Positions 55,977 to 64,000 of a stretch of 64,000 nucleotides of DNA are shown one piece after another. The stretch's first letter is position 1, and every line of letters starts with the position of its first letter. The notes under the pieces are model-generated. The model was given only the letters and a program-made list of their open reading frames with translations. It was not told the origin of the DNA and ran no database searches. Source of the DNA: Acidimicrobiales bacterium (GTDB lineage: Bacteria; Actinomycetota; Acidimicrobiia; Acidimicrobiales; Bog-793); assembly GCA_050008715.1 (NCBI GenBank), contig JBEKMC010000001.1:25280-89279 (forward strand), read 5' to 3'. The position numbers and the translations under genes are program-made.

Positions 55977-56795
55977 ATGCGAGCAAGGGACGACGACACG
56001 GCCGACTACCTCGAGCTCAACCGGCGCAACTGGGACGAGCGCGTGGGGGTGCACGTGGCGAGCGGTTTCTATGCCGTTGACCGGTTCGTCGAGGGTGAGG
56101 ATCACCTTCACCGCTTCGAGGCAGAGGAGCTCGGGGACGTGTCCGGCAAGCGCATCGCCCATTTGCAATGCCATTTCGGGATGGACACGTTGTCGCTCGC
56201 GAGGCGTGGCGCTCAGATGACGGGGGTTGATTTCTCGGGGCCTGCGGTCGCGGAGGCGACGGCGCTGGCGGCCCGGTTGGGCATCGAGGCGCGTTTCGTC
56301 GAGGCGAACGTCTACGACGCCGTCCAAGCCCTCGGCGACACCTACGACATCGTCTACACCGGCAAGGGGGCCCTCAACTGGATCCCCGATCTGGCAGCGT
56401 GGGCGCAGGTAGTGGCGGCGCTGTTGCAGCCGGGGGGCTTCCTCTACCTGACGGAGTATCACCCGCTCTCGGGCATGCTCGACGACGACGGTGTGGAATT
56501 CGAGTGGCCATACTTCAACGGCGGTCCGGAAGTCTGGGACGACGGCACCGACTACGCCGACCCGACAGCGGTGCTCGAGAACGCCCGCACCGTCGAGTGG
56601 GCGCATCCGATCTCCGAGGTGATCTGCGCGGTCATCGATGCCGGGCTCCGGATCGAGTTCTTCCACGAGTTCGCCGAGACGTCGTTCCGACGCTTCTCGT
56701 TCATGGAGGAAGTCGGGCCGCGGCTGTACCGGATGCCGGCAGGCAAGCCGGACCTGCCGCTGATGTACTCGATCCGGGCAGCCAAGTCATCCTGA
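55977..56795 (+). CDS. class I SAM-dependent methyltransferase
   Basis: The product contains RIAHLQCHFGMDTLSLARRGAQMTGVDFS...LLQPGGFLYLTEYHP. Alternative starts lie at 55914 (TTG) and 55956 (ATG). Confidence 0.75.
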   Translation: MRARDDDTADYLELNRRNWDERVGVHVASGFYAVDRFVEGEDHLHRFEAEELGDVSGKRIAHLQCHFGMDTLSLARRGAQMTGVDFSGPAVAEATALAARLGIEARFVEANVYDAVQALGDTYDIVYTGKGALNWIPDLAAWAQVVAALLQPGGFLYLTEYHPLSGMLDDDGVEFEWPYFNGGPEVWDDGTDYADPTAVLENARTVEWAHPISEVICAVIDAGLRIEFFHEFAETSFRRFSFMEEVGPRLYRMPAGKPDLPLMYSIRAAKSS

Positions 56796-56844
56796 TCCGG
56801 TTCGCCCAGGGCAGACGAAAGCACCCGGCATTAGTGTCCACTTC

Positions 56845-58305
56845 GTGAGCTGGTTCGAATGCGTCCCGAACTTCTCGGAGGGCCGGGACCTGGGCAAGAT
56901 CGCCACGATCGTGGCCGAGGCACGCGAACAGCCGGGCGTCGCCGTGCTCGACGTCGAACAGAACGCCGACCACAACCGCTGCGTGGTGACCCTCGTCGGC
57001 GAGGGTCCGGCACTCGTCGAGGCCATGATCCGCATGATGCGTGCGGCCACGACACTGATCGACCTCACCACGCACGAAGGCGAGCACCCTCGGATGGGTG
57101 CCACTGATGTCGTCCCGTTCGTGCCTCTTGGCGATGCGACGGACGACGAGGCGGTCGGCCTCGCCGTGGCGCTCGGCACACGGGTCTGGGAAGAGCTGCG
57201 GATCCCCGTGTACTTGTACGCGAAGGCAGCACGCGTGCCGGAACGTCAGGACCTCGCAAAGGTGCGCGCCGGCCAGTTCGAGGGCATCCGGGACACGATC
57301 GGGACCGACGCCGCCCGCCGCCCGGACATCGGCGAACCGCAGGTACATCCGACCGCCGGTGTCGTGGCCGTCGGTGCCCGGCCGGTCCTCATCGCCTACA
57401 ACGCCTACTTGACGACGCCCGACGTCGCCGTCGCCAAACGAGTGGCGAAGGCCGTCCGCGGGCGTGACGGCGGGCTCGCCGAGGTGAAGGCGCTCGGCTT
57501 CGACATCCGCGAGCGACAGCGTGCACAAGTCTCGATGAATCTCACGGACTACCGGCGCACGCCGATCCATCGCGCCGTCGAGGCGGTGAGGCGGGAGGCG
57601 GCTCGTTTCGGCGTGAGCGTGGAGGATACCGAGATCGTCGGCCTCGTGCCTGAGGATGCCCTCTTCGACGCGGCCGAGTACTACTTGCAACTCAACGGCT
57701 TCGACCGGGCCACCGTCCTCGAGCGCAAGGTGCGCGACGCGCAGGCGCCCGCCGAGTCATTGGCCCCCGCCGAGTCATTGGCCGAGTTCGCCGCACGTCT
57801 CGCAGCCCGTACGCCCGTGCCGGGAGGCGGGAGCGCCAGTGCCGCCGCCGGAGCTCTGGGCGCGGCGCTCGGCGAGATGGTGACCAACTACTCGGCCGGC
57901 GCCGGCGAAGCTCCGGCCCAGGCCGAGAAGCTGACGGTGGCCCGGAGTCGCTTCCTCGCCTTGGTGGACTTGGACTCGGACGCCTATGCCGGCACCGTGA
58001 CAGCGCGACGAGCGACGAAGAGCGAGCCGGGTCCAGAGGCTGAGGGGGCGTTCACGGCTGCGATCCGTCACGCCGCCGAGGTGCCACTCGAGACCGCTCG
58101 GCTGGCATGGTCCTGCGCCGAGGAGCTGAGAGGGCGCGAAGACGAGGTCCGGCCATACATGAAGAGCGACTGGACCGTCGCTCTTGCCCTGTTGGACGCT
58201 GCCCGCGAAGGCGCGCTCGCCAATGTCGCCATCAACCTCGACGACCTGCGCGCCCGGGAGACGGACATCGCCGATCTCGAGGCGGCGATCGAGGAACTGC
58301 GGTAG
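56845..58305 (+). CDS. ftcD: bifunctional glutamate formimidoyltransferase / formimidoyl-THF cyclodeaminase
   Basis: The FT domain begins (V/M)SWFECVPNFSEGRD. The CD domain carries PVPGGGSASAAAGALGAALGEMV. The start is GTG. Confidence 0.85.
   Translation: MSWFECVPNFSEGRDLGKIATIVAEAREQPGVAVLDVEQNADHNRCVVTLVGEGPALVEAMIRMMRAATTLIDLTTHEGEHPRMGATDVVPFVPLGDATDDEAVGLAVALGTRVWEELRIPVYLYAKAARVPERQDLAKVRAGQFEGIRDTIGTDAARRPDIGEPQVHPTAGVVAVGARPVLIAYNAYLTTPDVAVAKRVAKAVRGRDGGLAEVKALGFDIRERQRAQVSMNLTDYRRTPIHRAVEAVRREAARFGVSVEDTEIVGLVPEDALFDAAEYYLQLNGFDRATVLERKVRDAQAPAESLAPAESLAEFAARLAARTPVPGGGSASAAAGALGAALGEMVTNYSAGAGEAPAQAEKLTVARSRFLALVDLDSDAYAGTVTARRATKSEPGPEAEGAFTAAIRHAAEVPLETARLAWSCAEELRGREDEVRPYMKSDWTVALALLDAAREGALANVAINLDDLRARETDIADLEAAIEELR
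57747..57782. repeat. 2 x 18-nt tandem duplication at the FT/CD interdomain linker
   Basis: The units are gcccgccgagtcattggc / ccccgccgagtcattggc. They encode (APAESL)x2. Confidence 0.9.
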
Positions 58306-58348
58306 ATCGGCCAAAGCCCACTCCGAGGCGACCTGACATACTCCCGGG

Positions 58349-59923
58349 ATGAGCGATAGAACCGTCGACGAGGATGGTGTGAGCACGAGCGAGCCCGATG
58401 CGATCGATCTCGGTGGGACGCTGACGATCTCGGACGTGGTCTCGATCGCCCGTGGTGCCCCGGCACGCCTCGATGACGGCGCACGCGCCCGCATCGAGGC
58501 GTCGAGGGCGGTTGTCGATCGAGCTGTGAGCTCGGGGCAGATCGTCTACGGGGTGACGACCGGTTTTGGAGCCCTTGCCGATGTGCAGCTCGGGCCGGCG
58601 GACGCCGTGCGCCTGCAGCACTCGCTCCTGCGCACCCACGCCGTGGCCGTGGGTCCGGAACTGTCGCGTGAGGAAGTCCGGGCGATGCTCGCCCTTCGTG
58701 CCCACGTGCTCGGCCTTGGGTACTCCGGAGTGCGGTTCGAGGTTGCCCAACGATTCATCGACATGCTGCGTTTCGGGATCCTGCCCGTCGTGCCGGAGCA
58801 GGGCTCGCTCGGGGCTTCCGGCGACCTGGCGCCGCTCGCACACCTTGCCCTTGGTGCTGTCGGCGAAGGGCGTGTGCATTTCGAGGGAACGGAGATGGAC
58901 GCGGCCGAGGCGCTGTCTCGCTGTGGTCTCGCACCCATCGAGCTGAAGGCGAAAGAGGGTCTCGCCCTCATCAACGGCACACAGGGAATGACGGCGATCG
59001 GTGCGCTCGCGGCCGCCCGCGGCGGCATCCTCGCCAAGAGCGCCGACCTCGCCGCCGCCCTCACGATCGAGGGCATCCTCGGCACCGACCGCGCCTTCGA
59101 CTTGCGCGTCGTCGGCCTCCGGCCTCAGCCGGGTCAGCGGGCCGCTGCGGAGAACCTGCTCCGGCTCCTCGACGGGTCCGAAATCCTCGCGTCGCACCTC
59201 CACAGCCAGCACATCGTGCAGGACGCCTACTCGATCCGCTGTTCCCCCCAGGTGCACGGGGCGTTCCGCGACGTGCTCGCCAACACGATCCGCACGCTCG
59301 AGTACGAGCTGGCGGCGGTCTCTGACAACCCGATCGTGCTCGCCGAGCACGACGAGATCCTCTCGTGCGGCAACTTTCACGGCCAGCCCGTCGGCCACGC
59401 CTGTGACTCGCTGGCGGCTGCCTGTGTCGGGTTGGCATCCATCTCCGAACGACGTCTCTACCGGCTGCTCGACCCGAAGACGTCCAACGGGCTGCCGCCG
59501 TTCCTCGTCGAGCACGCCGGCGTCAACTCCGGCTTCATGGTGTGCCAGTACACGGCCGCATCGCTCGTGTCGGAGTCGAAGAGCCTCGCCCATCCGGCGA
59601 CGATCGACTCCATCACGTCGTCGGCCGGTCAGGAGGACCACGTGAGCATGGGGATGATCGCTGCCCGCCACGCCCGTGAGTGTGTCCGCAACGCCGAGGC
59701 GGTGATCGCGATGGAGGTGCTGGCGGCCGCCCAGGCGTGCGACCTGAGGTCACCCTTGCGGCCGGCTGACGGCACTGCCGCCGGTCTTCGGGCGGTCCGA
59801 GCCGTCATCGGGCACCTCGGCGACGACCGCCTCCTCAAACCGGATGTCGACGCTGCCATCGAGCTCGTGTCCTCGGGCGCCCTCGTGGAAGCCGTCGAGC
59901 AAGAGATCGGAGTGCTCCGATGA
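58349..59923 (+). CDS. hutH: histidine ammonia-lyase
   Basis: The MIO-forming motif [15 protein letters not shown] is present. Confidence 0.95.
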   Translation: MSDRTVDEDGVSTSEPDAIDLGGTLTISDVVSIARGAPARLDDGARARIEASRAVVDRAVSSGQIVYGVTTGFGALADVQLGPADAVRLQHSLLRTHAVAVGPELSREEVRAMLALRAHVLGLGYSGVRFEVAQRFIDMLRFGILPVVPEQGSLGASGDLAPLAHLALGAVGEGRVHFEGTEMDAAEALSRCGLAPIELKAKEGLALINGTQGMTAIGALAAARGGILAKSADLAAALTIEGILGTDRAFDLRVVGLRPQPGQRAAAENLLRLLDGSEILASHLHSQHIVQDAYSIRCSPQVHGAFRDVLANTIRTLEYELAAVSDNPIVLAEHDEILSCGNFHGQPVGHACDSLAAACVGLASISERRLYRLLDPKTSNGLPPFLVEHAGVNSGFMVCQYTAASLVSESKSLAHPATIDSITSSAGQEDHVSMGMIAARHARECVRNAEAVIAMEVLAAAQACDLRSPLRPADGTAAGLRAVRAVIGHLGDDRLLKPDVDAAIELVSSGALVEAVEQEIGVLR

Positions 59924-61611
59924 CCTCGCCTCCCGAACTGCACGGTCCTCGCGTCGTGCACGCGCCTCGCGGGACCTCGCTGAGCTGCCGCGGCTGGCCG
60001 CAGGAAGCTGCCCTGCGCATGCTCATGAACAACCTCGACCCCGACGTGGCCGAGCGGCCCGACGACCTCGTCGTCTACGGCGGCAGTGGCCGAGCGGCGC
60101 GTTCGTGGCAGGCCTTTGACACGATCGTGGCGACGTTGCGCCAGCTGGAGCACGACGAGACACTGCTCATCCAATCCGGAAAACCCGTCGGTGTCTTCCG
60201 CACCCACGAGTGGGCACCGCGAGTCCTCATCGCCAACTCCCTGCTCGTGCCGGACTGGGCCACACAGGAGGAATTCCGCCGGCTCGAGACGGCCGGCCTC
60301 ACGATGTATGGGCAGATGACTGCCGGTAGTTGGATCTACATCGGGACACAGGGCATCCTGCAGGGCACCTACGAGACCTTCGCCGCTATCGGGACTGCTC
60401 GATTCGGTGGGACGCTCGCGGGGCGGATCGTGCTCACGGCGGGCCTCGGCGGCATGGGTGGCGCCCAGCCGCTGGCCGTCACGATGAACGGCGGCGTAGC
60501 CGTCTGCGTCGAGGTGGACCCCTCGCGAGTGCAGCGCCGCCTCGAGACGCGTTACGTCGACATGGCCTGCGAGTCGACCTCCGAGGCCGTGACGCTCGCC
60601 CTCGATGCAGCCCGGGAGCGCCGTCCCCTCTCGATCGGTTTGATCGGCAACGCCGCCGAGGTGCTTCCAGAGCTGCTCGCCTTGGACTTTCCCGCCGACA
60701 TCGTGACGGACCAGACGTCGGCTCACGACACGACGTCATACGTGCCGGCCGGCTTGTCGCTCGAGGAGGCGGCGTCGCTGCGCTCGAGTGACGTGGGCGA
60801 GTACGTGCGGCGCTCGAAGGCGAGCATGGCGGTGCATGTGGAGGCGATGGTTGGTTTCTTGGACAAGGGCGCAGAGGTCTTCGACTACGGCAACGGCATA
60901 CGCGCCGAGGCGCAGTCGGAGGGATACGCACGAGCCTTCGACTATCCCGGTTTCGTGCCCGCCTATATCCGGCCACTGTTCTGCGAGGGGAAGGGCCCGT
61001 TCCGGTGGGCTGCCTTATCCGGGGAGCCGTCCGACATCGGGGCGACGGACCAGGCTGTGATCGCCGAGTTCCCCGAGGCCGAGGACCTTCTGCGGTGGTT
61101 GCGCCTCGCCGAGGACAAGGTCGCCTTCCAGGGCTTGCCGGCCCGAATTTGCTGGCTCGGCTATGGGGAACGGCACCGGGCCGGCCTGCGGTTCAACGAT
61201 CTCGTCGCCTCGGGGTCGGTCGTGGCTCCGATCGTCATCGGCCGGGACCACCTCGACTCGGGATCAGTCGCTTCGCCGTACCGCGAGACCGAGGCGATGG
61301 CGGACGGGAGCGACGCGATCGCCGACTGGCCGATCCTGAACGCCTTGTTGAACACGTCGAGCGGCGCCACGTGGGTGAGCGTCCACCACGGCGGTGGCGT
61401 CGGCATCGGCCGGTCGATCCACTCGGGCACCGTTACCGTCGCCGACGGTACGCCGCTCGCCGCCGAGAAACTCTCCCGGGTCCTCCTCAACGATCCCGGT
61501 ACCGGCGTCATGCGCCATGCCGACGCCGGCTACGAGATCGCTCGGACGACCGCGCGGGATCGTGGCATGTGGCTGCCATCGGAAGGGATCGGCGGACCGG
61601 AGTCCCCGTGA
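59920..61611 (+). CDS. hutU: urocanate hydratase
   Basis: The 563-aa product contains ...[12 protein letters not shown]...[15 protein letters not shown].... Its ATGA overlaps hutH. Confidence 0.95.
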   Translation: MTSPPELHGPRVVHAPRGTSLSCRGWPQEAALRMLMNNLDPDVAERPDDLVVYGGSGRAARSWQAFDTIVATLRQLEHDETLLIQSGKPVGVFRTHEWAPRVLIANSLLVPDWATQEEFRRLETAGLTMYGQMTAGSWIYIGTQGILQGTYETFAAIGTARFGGTLAGRIVLTAGLGGMGGAQPLAVTMNGGVAVCVEVDPSRVQRRLETRYVDMACESTSEAVTLALDAARERRPLSIGLIGNAAEVLPELLALDFPADIVTDQTSAHDTTSYVPAGLSLEEAASLRSSDVGEYVRRSKASMAVHVEAMVGFLDKGAEVFDYGNGIRAEAQSEGYARAFDYPGFVPAYIRPLFCEGKGPFRWAALSGEPSDIGATDQAVIAEFPEAEDLLRWLRLAEDKVAFQGLPARICWLGYGERHRAGLRFNDLVASGSVVAPIVIGRDHLDSGSVASPYRETEAMADGSDAIADWPILNALLNTSSGATWVSVHHGGGVGIGRSIHSGTVTVADGTPLAAEKLSRVLLNDPGTGVMRHADAGYEIARTTARDRGMWLPSEGIGGPESP

Positions 61612-61758
61612 GCCCGGCGACCGGCGCGTTCGCGCCCGACGTGCTCGTCGCGTGCTCGGCGACGGGCGCGATCACGGGGGTGGAGCATGTCACGCTCGGT
61701 CCTCGGGGAGCCTTGCCGAGCAGATGAGCCGTGCAGTCGTGAGTGCACTGGAGGAATC

Positions 61759-62931
61759 GTGACGGTCGTCGTGCGTGGGATCGGCCGGCTGTTCACCGCT
61801 TGTGCGGCCGGCACGATTGACGGAGGGGCTGTTGTCGTGAGCGACGGCCTCATCTCCTTTGTCGGGCCGGAAACGTCTCTCCCTCGTGAGCTTGGAGCCG
61901 CCGACGAGATCGATCTCGGTGGGGCGCTCGTCACTCCGGGCCTGATCGACGCCCACACACACCCGCTGTATGGCGGGAATCGTTTTGCCGAGATCGCTCT
62001 GCGGTCGAGTGGGGCGTCGTACTCCGAGATCGCGGCTGCCGGTGGTGGCATCGCCTCGACGGTGACCTCCACGCGGGCCACACCTCGTGACTCACTCGCT
62101 GACTCGGTTCGCCGGCGGCTCGAGTCGTGGTACGCCGGCGGCGCAACCACTGTCGAGGCCAAGACCGGCTACCACCTCAACGGGCCCGGCGAGCTCGAGG
62201 CGGTCGGGATCCTGGCGGGGCTCGGGGGTCCGGCGGGGTTGCCATCGATCGAGGTGACGTGGCTCGCCGGCCATGGAGTCGGGCCGGAATTTGCGGGCGA
62301 TCCAGACGGATACATCAACGATGCCTGCGGCTGGTGCGAGCGTGCTCGGTCGGCGGGCGCTCGCCACGCAGATGTGTTCTGCGACGAGGGGTATTTCACG
62401 GTCGAACAGGCTCGGCGGCTGCTGACGGCGGCGGCGACCGCCGGTCTGGTGCCGCGGATCCACGCCGACGAGCTGGCACGGACGGGCGGTGCTCAGCTCG
62501 CCGCGGAGTTGGGCTGCGCCTCGGCGGACCACCTGCTGCTCATCGACGAGTCGGACGCCAGGGCTCTCGCCACCGCCGGCGTTGTTGCCACCTTGGCGCC
62601 CGTGACCGCCCTTGCCATGGGGCAGCGGCCGCCGGTTGAGATGCTGCTCGAGGCGGGCGTGACGATCGCCCTCGGCTCCGACCACAACCCCGGCACATGC
62701 GGCACGACGTCGATGAGCCTCGTCGTGGCGCTGGGCGTGGCGGAACTCGGGCTGTCGGTCAGCCAGGCCCTGACGGCGGCGACCGCTGGGGGTGCCGCAT
62801 CGCTGCGTCTGCATGATCGAGGCCGCGTCGAGGTTGGTCTGCGAGGCGATCTCGTCGCCTGGGACGCCGACCACGAAGGGGCCTTCGCGTGGGGTTACGG
62901 TCTTCGGCCGCTGCGTGTCTGGAAGGCCTGA
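61759..62931 (+). CDS. hutI: imidazolonepropionase
   Basis: GTG is preceded by GGAGGA. The product contains GLIDAHTHPLYGG...IHADEL...GSDHNPG. A longer ATG start at 61687 is unlikely. Confidence 0.9.
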   Translation: MTVVVRGIGRLFTACAAGTIDGGAVVVSDGLISFVGPETSLPRELGAADEIDLGGALVTPGLIDAHTHPLYGGNRFAEIALRSSGASYSEIAAAGGGIASTVTSTRATPRDSLADSVRRRLESWYAGGATTVEAKTGYHLNGPGELEAVGILAGLGGPAGLPSIEVTWLAGHGVGPEFAGDPDGYINDACGWCERARSAGARHADVFCDEGYFTVEQARRLLTAAATAGLVPRIHADELARTGGAQLAAELGCASADHLLLIDESDARALATAGVVATLAPVTALAMGQRPPVEMLLEAGVTIALGSDHNPGTCGTTSMSLVVALGVAELGLSVSQALTAATAGGAASLRLHDRGRVEVGLRGDLVAWDADHEGAFAWGYGLRPLRVWKA

Positions 62932-63117
62932 GAGACTGGCTCGCAGTCCGTGTCGGGTTCTCCGGAGGGGGTGCGCGCCAGCGGGCCGGCGGGCTCGCCA
63001 CGTGCCGAGCTGCGGGTAAGCCGGCCCCGTCCGGGCTCGAACCGCCACGCGAGCTCGGCCAACGGCGGGCCGGCAAGCTCGGGCACCAAGCTCGGCCGGC
63101 GAGCTCGGTACGCACGG

Positions 63118-63244
63118 GGGCCGGGCGCTCCGAGTCAGTGCCGGCAGATGAGTGCCCTCACGTCGTCGTCGAGTTGACGGTAAGCCGGGTGGGCCGGGCG
63201 CTCCGAGTCAGTGCCGGCAGATGAGTGCCCTCACGTCGTCGTCG
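63118..63244. repeat. 54-nt direct repeat at 73-nt period spanning the 3' end of the PrmC-like gene
   Basis: 63118-63171 and 63191-63244 are identical (gggccgggcgctccgagtcagtgccggcagatgagtgccctcacgtcgtcgtcg). Each copy contains the last 11 codons plus the stop codon. Confidence 0.95.
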
Positions 63245-63978
63245 TCGTCGCTGAGCAGCTCGACGTCTCGATAGCCGAGCCCGGTCAGAACTGGCTCGAG
63301 CATCGCGGCTTCGTCGCCGCCGAGCTCCAGCAACAATGAGCCACCGGCGCGCAGCAGTGGCACAGCCTCGGCGGCGGCGCAAACGAGGAAAGTCGTGCCA
63401 TCCGCACCGCCGTCGAGCGCTCCACGGGGCTCGTACGTGGTGACGTCCCGTGGCAACAAACGGAGCTCGTCCGTCGGCACGTACGGCACCACGGCCGTCA
63501 CGACGTCGACTACTCCGCTGAGCGCGGCCGGCAGGTTGGCGGACATGTCGCCTTCGTAGACCTCGACACCGTTGGCCCTCGCGCAGGCGACCGCCAACGG
63601 ATCGTTCTCGGTCGCCACGATGCTGGCCGAGGAGTGTCGGCACTGGAGCACGACTGCGATGGCGCCCGAGCCGGTACAGAAGTCGACGGCGATTCCCGTG
63701 TTCGGGAGCCTCTTCGCCGCCTCGAGTGCTAACGGCTCGGTCTGCCATCGCGGCACGTAGACGCCGGGGTGAACGAGCACCTTCTCGCCGCAGAATCGGA
63801 CGGAGCCAACCAGCCAAGCAAGCGGCTCACCTTGGCATCGTCGACCCACGAGCTGCCGCAGTCGCCCGGGATCGCCGGCAGCGGCCTCGACGAGCTCGAC
63901 TGCCTCCTCCTCGGCGGCGACGCACCCGGCGCGGCGGAGCACAGCGGCGGTTCGGCCGATCTCCGTGGGAATGTCCAC
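63208..63978 (-). CDS. HemK/PrmC-related SAM-dependent methyltransferase
   Basis: Motif I is VDFCTGSGAIAVVL. The motif IV position reads TAVVPYVPT instead of NPPY. Confidence 0.75.
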   Translation of the reverse strand: MDIPTEIGRTAAVLRRAGCVAAEEEAVELVEAAAGDPGRLRQLVGRRCQGEPLAWLVGSVRFCGEKVLVHPGVYVPRWQTEPLALEAAKRLPNTGIAVDFCTGSGAIAVVLQCRHSSASIVATENDPLAVACARANGVEVYEGDMSANLPAALSGVVDVVTAVVPYVPTDELRLLPRDVTTYEPRGALDGGADGTTFLVCAAAEAVPLLRAGGSLLLELGGDEAAMLEPVLTGLGYRDVELLSDDDDDVRALICRH

Positions 63979-64000
63979 GATTATTTACTACTCCGTTCGA

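Noticed and set aside
61608-61727. 39-codon GTGA-coupled ORF between hutU and hutI, considered as a real small protein gene.
   Set aside because: It has no recognisable motif and could simply be an open frame in GC-rich spacer. It is reported only as a question within the hut finding.
62990-63110. Degenerate periodicity of about 13 nt (gagctcgg / aagctcgg repeated four times) downstream of hutI.
   Set aside because: The copies are too diverged and irregular to define units confidently by eye. This is likely the decayed end of the same duplication-prone zone described at 63118-63244.

Overview
High-GC (roughly 70%) actinobacterial-type chromosomal segment. It is densely coding, with about 50 CDS. 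I saw no rRNA, tRNA, CRISPR array, transposase or integrase. All calls come from reading the six-frame translations by eye, with no database search. Start codons are often ambiguous, and the ORF track renders GTG and TTG starts as M.

Gene order, left to right:
- gltX (partial), a small ferredoxin, and a KstR-type lipid/steroid side-chain module: DUF35 protein, two Cys-less thiolase folds, fadE, a TetR repressor and two operator-like palindromes.
- NUDIX hydrolase, an IcmA-like acyl-CoA mutase large subunit, a VOC protein and a GAF-GGDEF cyclase.
- pntAA-pntAB-pntB transhydrogenase.
- PIN/TRAM membrane protein and a GH18 hydrolase.
- An 1801-aa Hanks kinase-STAND ATPase-TPR-GAF-GAF-GGDEF protein.
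- A two-domain GNAT, then rpsT.
- The conserved lepA-hrcA-dnaJ-rsmE...HIT-phoH-ybeY-corC-era block. Here it is interrupted by a BldD orthologue, hemW and a 68-aa BldC-like HTH protein.
- A Rieske-fusion orphan behind an AT-rich palindrome, dinG, and a GT-C-like membrane protein.
- adnA-adnB with a translationally coupled Dam-type methyltransferase.
- An FtsX-type ABC transporter with two ATPases, an AT3-SGNH acyltransferase and a SAM methyltransferase.
- A hut operon (fused ftcD, hutH, hutU, hutI) and a PrmC-related methyltransferase.

Most notable observations:
- The giant kinase-to-diguanylate-cyclase signalling protein has a tyrosine-kinase-like catalytic loop.
- The BldD orthologue keeps an intact c-di-GMP-binding motif, and two diguanylate cyclases lie in the same window.
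- Two genes (the GNAT and hemW) have no canonical start codon.
- The adnAB-methyltransferase genes are coupled by overlapping stop/start codons.
- At least 12 recent short tandem duplications are concentrated at gene termini and interdomain linkers.
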